A DNA stretch of 41,013 bases from Parasitella parasitica NRRL 2501. Lineage: Eukaryota > Fungi > Mucoromycota. The stretch lies in assembly GCA_025201805.1 (NCBI GenBank), contig MU619357.1, positions 17,004 to 58,016 of the forward strand. The letters are read 5' to 3'. The translations under genes and the position numbers were made by a program. Below the pieces are notes generated by a model, which had not been told where the DNA came from, ran no database searches, and saw only the letters and a program-made list of their open reading frames with translations. Below, one piece after another: positions 1-12,805 of the stretch; position 1 is the stretch's first letter; every line of letters starts with the position of its first letter.

Positions 1-2249
1 TTTCCTCTTGAATAAGTTCAATTAATTGCCTGCGGGATATGAAATCAGAGGTTTCCTTTTGGTCTCCTCAGGTTTCCCGACCCACATATAAATTTTTCTT
101 ATATCATAAAATAAAACTGTTTTTACAGTATGCCGTCGTAAAATTAAAAAATAAATTAGTTAATTTTTGACTGAAATAACAGCAGACAAAAAAGTCCTTT
201 GCTCTTATATAATAATATGTTTCTTACCATGATAAACAACCATTCTTTCTGCTAATTCTATTTTGTATCAAACTATGATTATAAAAGAAATTCTTAAACC
301 ATTTTTGAGCCACTACTTATCGCGTAGGACAATTTTGTGTGGCAACTTTGTGAGAAACATTTCCATATTCTTTGCTTGTTTGTACGCTGTCCAATGCTGC
401 TTGATACTAATATAACTTCTTCTCTGACATATTTTTGAAACCAAACAATTAATATTTCATCAGAGCTTTTATCATGTTTAAAGAGGATTGGTGCCAACCA
501 AGTTCTCTTTAATCTCTACATACGCGATGATGGCTTTGCCTTACAGGCCCATACCTCTGGAAATACTTTTTTCATTGAAGCAAATTAGTAGCAACAGGTG
601 AACCATTTATTTTGTTTATCTCTGGTTTCGCATCTTCGTATTTGTTTGGGCGAAATCAATATATACTTCAGCGTCGCAGTTTTTTTCTTTAATGGGTACA
701 GTATCATGTTGTAACATTATGTGAAATGTGTAACTTCAAACGCAGATCACTGAACTAACATGTGAACCTTCAGACCAAAACGCTTTCAGCAAATCACTGC
801 TGTTTGTTGATTACACTGGACAGAGACATCACATCTACAAGAAATTTTACAGAGGAGTAGAGGTAACGTAGGCGACCACTCCATACAAGTTTGGTGATAG
901 ATGGACTAGCTTTACCCACGATGTGATGGGAATTAAGATATCAAACTTGGAAAATCTATCATTGACTTGGCACTATCTGACAACAACATTGGTATCCATG
1001 TTTTTATTGACATCTGTAAAGATATCAGATGATATCACAAATTTACATATCAGAATTGCATATAATCGATAATACGCTGAAATAAAGAGCAAATCAAAGC
1101 CTGTCCTATGCGCCATAAGATCAGGCATGATCGTCGCTATCTGAGCATAACTTGATTTCCACTGGGCAATGTCTCTATCAAAAGTTATCTGCAAAACAGT
1201 TTCGGGTTTCTATGTCGGAGTTTGAAATAAAAATCACGTGATTGATTTTGGCGTTTGAAATCTTTGGAAAAATAAGAAATTGTTATGCGCAGGGGAACTA
1301 ATTTTATATGCTCAAGAAATGTATAAGTTTAGAAAAATAAAATCAGATTTAAAAAGTTTATGTTCTTGTTGGTGAGAAAATGGAATCTTTTTATACTAGG
1401 TTATATGTAATGTACACTATTTGATATCGCGGTTGAACATTGTTGAACTTAGTATGGCATACAAAGTTAATTACATGTTATAGTGTACATCATTAGCATA
1501 TTACTGGTCATTTTATACAAACAATTATCGATCTAATAGTTTTTTAATCTTGTGCATCTTTGGCACAACAGCAGAAATAAAAAACAAGTGCAAATAAACT
1601 ACAATTATATTTATGCCTGTTTTTTTTTACTCATAGGTGTATGGACTAGAGAATATTGCTTGTGGCTACTACACATATATAATTAATAAAATAATTACAT
1701 TATCAGTGAATCTGTCTATTTTATATGTATAAGACTTGAAGATGCATTGTTTTGATATTTAGTCAGGATGTTTGTTTAGAAAGTATCCGAGCTTTTATGA
1801 GTTTCAAGATTCGGTTTTATTTTTTATCTTAAAATTATGGGATACTTTACCGAATAGTAGAACCGAACATATAATCAAATATTGCGTGATGTAAAGAAGG
1901 TTTGAATTGTGGTAGATTGTACTTTCATCAGGAGCGCAATCGCTCACAGATACTTTACTATCTCTAAATTTACTTTTGTGCCTGGATTTTAGTATGAGTG
2001 TTCTTTTTAAGCTCTTGTCGTATAGTTCGATTTATTGCATTCATAATTAATAACAGAAAGTTACAGACATTGGTCTGAATTACTGTTATTTGAATTCTAG
2101 AACCGAGAACGAACCTGGAAAACGTAAGGTAGAATCGGCGCTATTTGTATTATCTAATACAACATTTCCCTCGATGAAATAATCAATATCTATCAAGTCG
2201 TTACTAGGAAACAACAATCTTTCATATAAAAATTAGATATAAACGCTAA

Positions 2250-2700
2250 TATTCTTTAATAGAGTACGAAGTATGGATTAACTTATCTAATAAGCTTTTA
2301 ACCTTCATAAAGCGACGTGTGTATCAATGTTTTAAGACAAGAAAAGATCTTTCGAACTATTCTGAGTAGTATCAAATTGCGCAGTTTCTGTCCAGATTCA
2401 GGCTTTTATGGTCTTCCCCACCATGTAAGGTTCCTCTGGGTACTCAATGCTCATCCTGCCTATTCTAACCTTGAGTCCAATGCCGTGTCTCTAAAAAGTC
2501 TATTCCATTGTAAGCCACAATCTTGTCTTTCCAAGGAGTAAAGGTGAGAGGGCATAAACACCACCTCCATAGTGTATAAGCCATTGTCGCACATTAACAA
2601 TTGGATCAATGCACAAACTCTCCAAGCCTTGTACCACCTGGCATCTGTCATTCCGTATGTACAACGAGTGCTTTCAAATTATGGGTGCTTTCCAGGGACA
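2250..2700 (-). pseudogene. Decayed coding fragment, possibly Helitron Rep N-terminal-like
   Basis: One minus frame reads ...LLMCDNGLYTMEVVFMPSHLYSL...WNRLFRDTAL...NLTWWGRP*...KLIR*VNPYFVLY* with several stops. The motif order loosely resembles Helitron Rep N-terminus (CxNG..., YNxxFxFTxxG, GRxYH, NPY). Judged by eye only. Confidence 0.25.
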
Positions 2701-3271
2701 TAATCATTCCATTATTATGGTGGGTCCTGTCTGTCGTAAAAAACCTCACGAGCCGAAGATCGTATACAACGTTTCAACAAAAAATTGACAGCTAGGATAA
2801 ACGCACCGATATCTCAAGTGTTAAATGAATAAATATATTTGCAACTAAAGGGAATCTGGGCAAATGATAGCTGTTTTACCTGGCTGACAATAGTGATATC
2901 ACTATTTCGGAAGAATCATCCCGGATTACATTGATTCAATCCTTTCCGTTGTGCTTGATACAAAGCAGTATATGTACGTATATGAGTGTATCAGATTAAT
3001 TCGTGTATAGCTCATATGTTAAGGGTATATCTGAAACCCTTTGAGTTTTTGGCGATGTGATACCTGTGTTGGCGAGATTTACTTTTTCTCTTTTATGGGT
3101 AAATCCGATGCTTTAGGCGGAAAAGAAAAGAGTCAAGCTTTTTTGCATGTCAGATAAAATTTTTGATTGATTTGGAACTAATTTGTTTTCTCTATCTCTC
3201 TCTCTTTCTCTGCTTTTTTTTTTCTTGTACCTTCTTCTTTCTTGATATTAGTGCAATTTGTGTATGTGGGT

Positions 3272-4973
3272 ATGGGAAATTCGATTAGTGAAGAACATCA
3301 AACCAACAGAGGAAATAAAACATTAAAGTTAAGACGACAAAGCAACCGCTCAACATTTTCCAACCGCTTTAGCTCCTGCTCGATATCCTCATCTAATAAC
3401 AAAGAAGCTGAACATCAGCATCCAATAAAAGATTCTCATTCAAGCACAAATCATGGCATTCTCAGTCGATTAAAAAACAAGAACCACGTCAAATCTAATG
3501 AAAGAAAGCCTCCAATTTCAGACATCTTTACCAAGACAGAAGATATGATGAGATCAAGTAGCAGTACACACTCCACCCTGTTGTATTCGTCGGCCCAATC
3601 AATGAAGGACGATTTCCCTATCATTGAAAAGTATACAGATAGCCAGATGACCCTCTTGGAAAATAAACAGCAATACCATTATCAGCAACTATGTCCAGAG
3701 ACCGGCTATTCCCACGACAATCAGTCAATGTCAAGCATCAACTCTATGTCAACTGCTAGAACAACGAATGATACAAACTCATCGTTCACAACGTGTCCGC
3801 AATCTTATTCCAGTGAGTTGATGCTTAAAGAATTGTACATGTTGTGTGAAACAAGCCCCGAAAGACGTAGAGATCGTGACAGGTATGTAAATGTCAAACT
3901 TGACAGGTTTAATACATATTAACAATTACATTTACACTATAATAGGCGGCATAGACAGGTATCTAATTGGAGTAAAGCTAGTATCATTATAAGCAACTGA
4001 CATATTTACAGCATTATCTGCTCAAACGAATCTGGGGCAAAAATTATCAGATACCGTTAGAAAATCCTTCGCTCATCGTCGATTGGTGTTGTGCCACAGG
4101 TAATTCAGTTTATGAAAGCCATGATTTTCATATTGGAATTTGCGATTACTTAATTCTTTTATAAAGCTGTTTGGGACATTGAATTAGCCCTTGAATTCCC
4201 CAATGCAAAGATTGTTGGCATAGATTATGAATCTGTTACTGTCGCAAGTCTTACAAATACCGTTAATAATTTCTCCTTTCATAATGCCATGATACATCTT
4301 GGCGAGACTGGCCTGAAAGAGTTTGGATGTAACCAAGTTGATTACATCATGATGAGAGATGTCTGGCTTGTCAATACACCTGCTTGCAAATGGTCAAGTT
4401 TGCTGCAAGAGATATATCGCATCCTTAAACCAGGCGGCTTCATTGAAATATACGAACAAGGTATGTATCATCGTTTTTAAATTGGTTTCCGAGGTTTTAG
4501 GATCTTACAAATTTATGTTGGACATTCGTAGATAGAAACTTCAAGTCAATGGGTCCTAATTTAACTGTTCTGGAACAGTGGTCCGACCGTTTTTACGAAG
4601 TTATCAAGCTGGATCGCAACACAAATAGCGAATTGGACTCATACCTGGAAAATGCAGGCTACATTAATATTAAAAAAAAGTCGATTGAGCTGCCTATAGG
4701 TGAGTGGCCAGATTCAAAGGGTAATTATTATACAATTTGATGTGTTATCTCTGTTTCCAGTCTAATTTATGGATAGAAATGAAAGAAACTGGCTTTCTTC
4801 AAAAAGACATCACTGAACGCAGATTCCGAGAATCAAAGCGATGGTACTGTAAATTCAACAACTTGACAGAACGAGAATACACAAAGACTTTAGTCCAAGC
4901 CATGGATGAATGTGATGATTACAGTACTACTGTTCGCAGCTTTTATTTCAGTGCTCAGAAGCCCCCATTATAG
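3272..4973 (+). CDS. Class I SAM-methyltransferase-fold protein (LaeA/TAM-like) with long Ser-rich N-terminus and degenerate motif I
   Basis: Exons 3272-3882, 3946-3958, 4012-4099, 4167-4460, 4532-4720, 4777-4973 join in frame. Motifs RHRQHYLLKRIWG, WDIELALEFPNAKIVGID, DYIMMR, LKPGGFIEIYE, LPIGEWP and final AQKP are typical of fungal LaeA-like methyltransferases. Confidence 0.85.
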
Positions 4974-5592
4974 AATTCCTTCGCATTTGTATATAGCAAT
5001 ATTTCATTTTTATTTTAGTCTGTCAAGCCTTCTTCTCTCCCTGAGTACATATTTTCTTTATCCACAAATTTTATATATTTCATGCAGGCAGATGATAAAC
5101 GTCAGAAATTTATACTTCATATTCAATCGTACTTTTTTTTTCTTTTTTTTTCTTTTGAGCTGTATCCTTTGAACGCGTTAATTTATTTAATCCTGTGTGA
5201 ACCATTTTGTTAAAAAAATTGATTACATTCACCGGTAGACAGGCGCCTCCTCCTGTGTATTCTACGGTAAATGACGGTGGGAAATTTGAAGTCATATGTT
5301 GCTCAGTACAACAGTGATACAAAGGAGGGTTTATATAAAGTACAATGCAACGAATCAGATCATGTATTAGAGAGAGAAAACTGCTTTGCTACTAAATCCA
5401 TCAAATCGTGTGTCCTCGATACATAAGCGCAATGGGTTCGGTTTATTATAACGATGAATAGTAGATGATTTCAGATGATGATGATTCCACCAATGAAACC
5501 TAACCATCTAGGCATTTAGACAAAAGGTGCCCCAGATTTTTTTTACTTCCTTTTTTACCCTCAAGCACACACAAAAAAAAAAGGCAGCAAAC

Positions 5593-7649
<2,057 letters not shown>

Positions 7650-8417
7650 TTTTAACTTAATTTGTATATAGACAAACCTTTCTTTTCTTTTCTTTTTTTT
7701 TTCTGTCAATAAACAGGAGGTGTGCCAATATTTTTTGTGCACTATCTGGATTATTTGAACCAAAAAAATAATTCATGGAAAGTTCATCGATTTACGAGAA
7801 TTTTTATGAGGTCTACAAGGGCAAATCCCACGAAAAGCTCTTTTTCGAGCTTTACATTAAGCACAAATAATCGATATTACTCCAAAATATGCGTCAAATT
7901 AGTCTTTGCAAACGCTTTACAAAGAATCGGCACTCTGTCACTAGCTGTTTTGGGAAACAGTGGATGATGCTGCTCTGTGCGAACTAAACTCAATTCATTG
8001 ATGCGATTGACATGGTCAGATTCACTACATTTCGCATTACTCAAAAGGCCACATCCAGTCTTTTGCAGCTCAGCCCTAAGCCGGACACAGGTTTCCTGCT
8101 TCTGTCTTAATTTGCTTTAGCAGAGTATATGCAACCAAAGGTCTGTAAAAGATTTACGCCTTGATTCTCCAGTTTAAACTGTCAAGTATATTGTATAACT
8201 CTAGATTTGGAATAATGCGCTTGTACTCGTTTGCAGGCTTTTCTTCCGGGATTAGCTCGGCCATTCACCAAAAAAAGCACCCTAAACGGTCCGGATGTGG
8301 TACGTGAAGCCATAGGAGACATTGGCGTTTTTCAATTCATCTCACTGTTTTCGGTATCCGATTTCCAAAGCGAGAGAGAAACCACTAAACAGAAGACTCG
8401 CGCAATCAGCCAGAGAA

Positions 8418-8429
8418 CCCCCTCTTTCC
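8418..8429 (+). promoter_or_regulatory. Putative TCT initiator / 5'TOP-like pyrimidine tract of RPL29
   Basis: CCCCCTCTTTCC matches YYCTTTYY, ~20 nt before a GTAATA donor (8449) of a probable 5'UTR intron ending ACAG (8524), 10 nt before the ATG. Confidence 0.45.
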
Positions 8430-8534
8430 AACTACTTGTTTGACCAAGGTAATATCTTGCATGCAGCCATCCAACCATCCATCCATCGATGATCAAGTAT
8501 TAACTTTGATCGTCTATCATACAGATACGTAGCA

Positions 8535-8887
8535 ATGTCCAAGTCCAAGAACCATACCAACCACAACCAAAGTACGTAAATTATTGAAACCAAAAAGATG
8601 CATTCGACTCATAGTTTTTTTTTTTTTTTAACATTACAGTCAAGAAGGCTCATCGTAACGGTCTTAAGAAGCCTATTGCTCACAAGTACCGTACCCAAAA
8701 GGGTGTAAGTAAACATATAGAGCTGGAAGGGTGGGGGTGGTGGTGGTGGTGGTGGGAGGAAATAATTTGAATTATGTTTCTTACAAGCATATATTTCATT
8801 TAGTTGGATGCCAAGTTCCTCCGTAACCAACGTTTCGCCAAGAAGGGTACTCAAAAGGCTCTCGCCGCTGCTGCTGGCAAGGCCTAA
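8535..8887 (+). CDS. RPL29: 60S ribosomal protein L29 (eL29)
   Basis: Exons 8535-8571, 8640-8704, 8804-8887 give [61 protein letters not shown], the classic eL29 sequence. Not in the ORF track. Confidence 0.97.
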
Positions 8888-9167
8888 GCAGTGTATAAAT
8901 CTACTGTTTTTATTGAAAGACGAAGCACCATTTATTTATCTTTCACATGAAAAACAATGAATAAATCAGATTTTTCTTTCATTTTCAAAGCCTACCAATA
9001 CAGTGTGCGAATATAATTTCTCCTTGTAAAGTTTATTATTGTGCGTTTATGAAAAGCTTGTCCAGCAAGGAGGGAATTCGTGGAGAAAATAGAGAAAGTA
9101 TATGGAATTACAAAATTAAAGAGAGCCCCTTGCTTGAGTCGACATGTCCTTTGGTGGGCTTGATGAT

Positions 9168-9987
9168 CTAATATTCAATATTCTGCAGTTGTGTATTAGC
9201 AAAACTGCTGCATACACGTTGGAATATGGCTCAACTTACATTAGCGTCACAGTGTGTTCTAATATTTTCGAAAACCTTGAGCATTTTGCGTCTTGCACCC
9301 AAGGCAGCAACGCCCTTCTTTAAAAGCTCATCATCAGACATTCTAACAATTTCTTGCCATGTACAATCACAAAAAATGGTGTTGTATTTATGCAAACGAA
9401 GACTCCTGAGCCATGCAGGAATATCTAAAATGCACCGCAAAGTCAGTGGTATTTTTCATAGGCGTTGCTGTATATCTCGCGGTTGCTTACCTTTCAAAAG
9501 CTCCATGTCAATCACTTCGGTAGCTTTTTTATCTTTAGACACCCTAATGCCGCCACCAGCCACTGCAGCAGCAGCAGCAGCCATCGAGGATCTTCGACGA
9601 GCCATCAATGAACCGTCGCTGTGGTCGCTTGTATAATCGGGATCTTCAAGAACCAAATTAGCAGTATTGTCAACAATACCTTGGAGTGCTGCATGTTGCT
9701 GTGACGGCATGGAAGAAGGAGGAGGAGTCTGCGTCAGGTAACTGCTGTAATGCTCTAAGCCTGTGCTACTGCTGTTGGGCTTGCGGAAAGGTGAGCTTGA
9801 GCGAGAATTAATTTCGCCGGATAAAAAGTGGGTTCTGACCGATTCGTCAGTTTCTGGAACAATAGGGATGCGATTCACAGCAGCACGTCTACGGAAGGGT
9901 TGTTGCTGTTGCATCGAATTTGTAAAATCAACTAAATCATTGTCTATTTGCGGTTGAGGGGGTGAGATTTGCAGTTGTTGGGAAGAT

Positions 9988-10020
<33 letters not shown>

Positions 10021-11181
10021 GGGGTCTGAGTGCCCCAGACAGAAGGGTAGCCATGACCGCTGGAGCGACGATCCACAAGCGACTCGGTGGACGTGGTCGT
10101 TGCAGGCAAAGACCAGTTGCTAATATCGGCAGATTTAGGTCGCTCGATTTTACTACCTCGGTCACCAATGTGGCCCACGCTAGTAGGCTGGCGACGTAGA
10201 TGATTGCTGTTGCTGGATATATTGCTGCTGTTCATCCATGTGGTGGGAGGGAAAAGCGAGTTGGTATCACCTTCAATCACAGAGTGAGGTCTACCGCCAT
10301 TGTTAAACATGGTACGTCCTGACGTTCTACCATTAGATGCGCCGTTCAAACGTCTCGCATTCGTTGCTGCTGCTTGCGCTGCTTGCACTTGTGCCTGAAC
10401 TACAGCTGCTGATTCGTCTAGTAAGCTGACATAGGACGAACGGTTGCTGCCGTGGTTGAGCAAATCGCTGCTGCGACCTGGTCCAAATAGCTGACTGTAC
10501 TCTTCCGTGTCACCTAATGCAAAGGAATGGCGATCGACAGTTCGACGGTTTGTGTTTGTTTGAGGTCGACTCATAACCTGGCCCGTCTTGTACGGCAACA
10601 CTGACATCAGTCTCTGACTGGCCTCGAGCTCTGCCTTTGCCATAGCACCGACTAGATGGGTCTGCATGTCTGTGGTGTTCCAGGTTAACATTGGACGGCT
10701 GTAACATAGCATTGCATCATACCTTGGTCCGGGTTATTGGGCGTTAACAATGAATATAACGGATCCCTCTTTACCATTTGTTGGAGCAGGTTGGTAAAGA
10801 ACCGTGCTTGCACCTGACTGGAGTGCTGAAGCAAAGTATACATGGTGGCCGTCTTTTCTGCCTCTGTTAGATAGCGATACCACTGGTCTACATGTTGCAT
10901 CTCTTCTTTAAAGTTCTATCATTATACATCATCAGTATTTCGCAAAACACGCGTTTTCGTTATTTACTTGGTCTAAAGTAGCGGATGCCATTTCGTCTAA
11001 ATTTCGTTCATAGTTTTGCAAGTCTTCGTACCAGTTACCAGTAACATCAGCTACAATTTCATTGTTATTTTGGCCTCTCCCGGCAAACAGTTTGTCGCTT
11101 ACCTTCGCTTACAAAACGACCTGAGTTGATTACTTCAGACATGGGCCTCGGCTGCCGAGATTTATACTCGTTGGGAAGCAT
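9168..11181 (-). CDS. VTS1: Vts1/Smaug-family SAM-domain RNA-binding protein
   Basis: Exons 11181-11103, 11050-10968, 10915-10723, 10669-9491, 9424-9240, 9182-9168. N-terminal WYEDLQNYE..LDEMA..LDQNFKEE..QWYRYLTEAEKTATMY; C-terminal SAM DIPAWLRSLRLHKY...GVAALGARRKMLKVF; polyQ-rich middle. Confidence 0.92.
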
Positions 11182-11874
11182 TTTTTTTGTTTTTGTTTTG
11201 TTTCTTGATTTATTGAGAAATGTAAAAACGAAAGAAAAAGGTTCACTTTTTTGCACAAAGAAATAAGAGAATGGGTGCGTGCGTGTGTGTGCGTATCGTT
11301 CGTATGTGAGAGTATTGGTGCTTGAGGCTCTTTATCTCCCCCCGTTCTTTTTTCTATTTGAGGGAAAAAAAAAAAAAAAAAATTAAAAAAAGGGTTGTCG
11401 TAAATCAGCTTGTTTTGATGTACGTACCTTTATACGAAAAAATTTATCAAGCCGCTTGATACAGCAAGATAGCCAATCATATCCTGAAAAACATCACAAA
11501 CTAAACGCTATCATGATGAAATCAACTGGCTTCTGCGAATTATGCAACTTGTTCTTTGTGCGGTAATAATGTCAAATGATTCGCATCACTCAAAGACAAA
11601 AAGAAAATAAATAAAATAAAACGAGCTCACTCCACATCCAGGTAGACCATGGAACCCTGTTTTCCGATATTTCTATACTGACACTTGGTACAACCATGCA
11701 AACAGTTGGGAAAGTTGAAAAAGATCAGCGATTGCCCGAGGCCTTTACCATTCAGACTGTAAATTGCTCTTTGCATGTAACTAACACACTCGCTAACATA
11801 ATGCAAAGACGTCTTTATTTGTCGATACAAAGTATGCGATAATGGACATGTAACTCCATCTTTATGTATTCCTA

Positions 11875-12525
11875 CTAGAGCCAACCAAAAAGCTTCTTTT
11901 TCGGTTTACTTGATTTGCGATACTTGTCAATAAATCGAACCTGGTTCCTGTTCAATGCGCCTCTTCGATATTTTCGTATATATGCTATTGCATCCTGTGA
12001 ATTCACGGTTTTACCGTTTAAAATCAGCGATCGTTCCATGCTAGTATTCAATAGACATTTACCAAAGGATCCATCCCTCCTTCTACAAGCGAAATAGCTA
12101 CTAAAACCTGCATGAAGGCATTAGTAAAGCACTGTGCAAAAGATTTTGTGCATTCTTTTACATACCGGAGCTCGGCCAATGCCAGCAATACAATGCACGC
12201 CAACAGTGGTATCCTTCTCTTTAGCTTTAGCGGCAATGTCCAGCCAGCGACTAATTGCCTCAGGGCTTGGGACGCCACCATCTTCAAACTTGATTTCATC
12301 ATTAACTTTGATACCTGTGCTCTTTTCTAATTCTTCCGCATCGTATTCGTTTTCTGATAAATTGTTGGCTGCGGACGAAGCGGAGGGTCTATGGCAAATT
12401 CGTATCAGGTCGGATACGTTCTCTTGTTTAAAAGCATGAATATAATCGGGAAGAGTTTTTCTAGTAGGTGCGTCTGATAGTAAAAATTTTTGGTTTGTAT
12501 TTGGTGATTTTATAACAGATATCAT
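11875..12525 (-). CDS. PTP4A: PRL / PTP4A-type protein tyrosine phosphatase
   Basis: Exons 12525-12166, 12107-12063, 11994-11875. Motifs FLLSDAPT, IRIC, FEDG, VHCIAGIGRAPVLVAISLVEGGM, AIAYIRKYRRGALNRNQ (PRL signature, Ala after P-loop Arg). Ends KKKLFGWL*. Confidence 0.9.
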
Positions 12526-12578
12526 TATTGGAGAGGGGAAAGGAGAAAACTGCTTTTAGTGTGCGTAGTAATGGGCAT
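12525..12578 (-). CDS. Short upstream ORF (MPITTHTKSSFLLSPLQ*) whose TAA overlaps the PRL ATG
   Basis: ATG at 12578 (AAAATGC), 17 codons, TAA at 12527-12525 shares its last A with the PRL ATG (TAATG). Translation not demonstrated. Confidence 0.45.
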   Translation of the reverse strand: MPITTHTKSSFLLSPLQ

Positions 12579-12805
12579 TTTAACCTCTTATTTGGCTTGT
12601 AACTAGCTATGAATTTCATTGGGCAGCTAAAACGATAAATTTTGAGTCCTTCCCATGCATCACATCTGTTGTGGATTTGTGTATTAGGCTGCCCAAAGCA
12701 CGTATTACAAGACATTCAACAAACACTGTGTTTAGATAGGCTAAATTGATTATTTACAGTGAGATTCCGCCACACACACCCCCCCCCCTCTTTGTGCGGC
12801 ATAAG

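Noticed and set aside
1-1200. Short minus-strand ORFs (294-497, 973-1194) and a transposase-like phrase RRQLIELIQEE at 1-40
   Set aside because: Multiple stops in all frames and no recognisable domain. Probably decayed TE DNA, but not assignable.
5162-5170. GTATCCTTT, a perfect U12-type 5' splice site
   Set aside because: Lies in 3'UTR/intergenic DNA with no proper TTCCTTRAC branch site downstream. All modelled introns are U2-type.
9763-10199. Antisense/alternate-frame poly-Leu, poly-Ser and poly-Cys ORFs over VTS1
   Set aside because: Shadows of the CAG polyQ repeat.
11627-11884. 85-aa minus ORF downstream of PRL; U5-like GCCTTTAC and a 9-bp inverted repeat
   Set aside because: Non-ATG start and no motif. 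The U5 loop needs GCCTTTTAC and the rest of the snRNA is absent.
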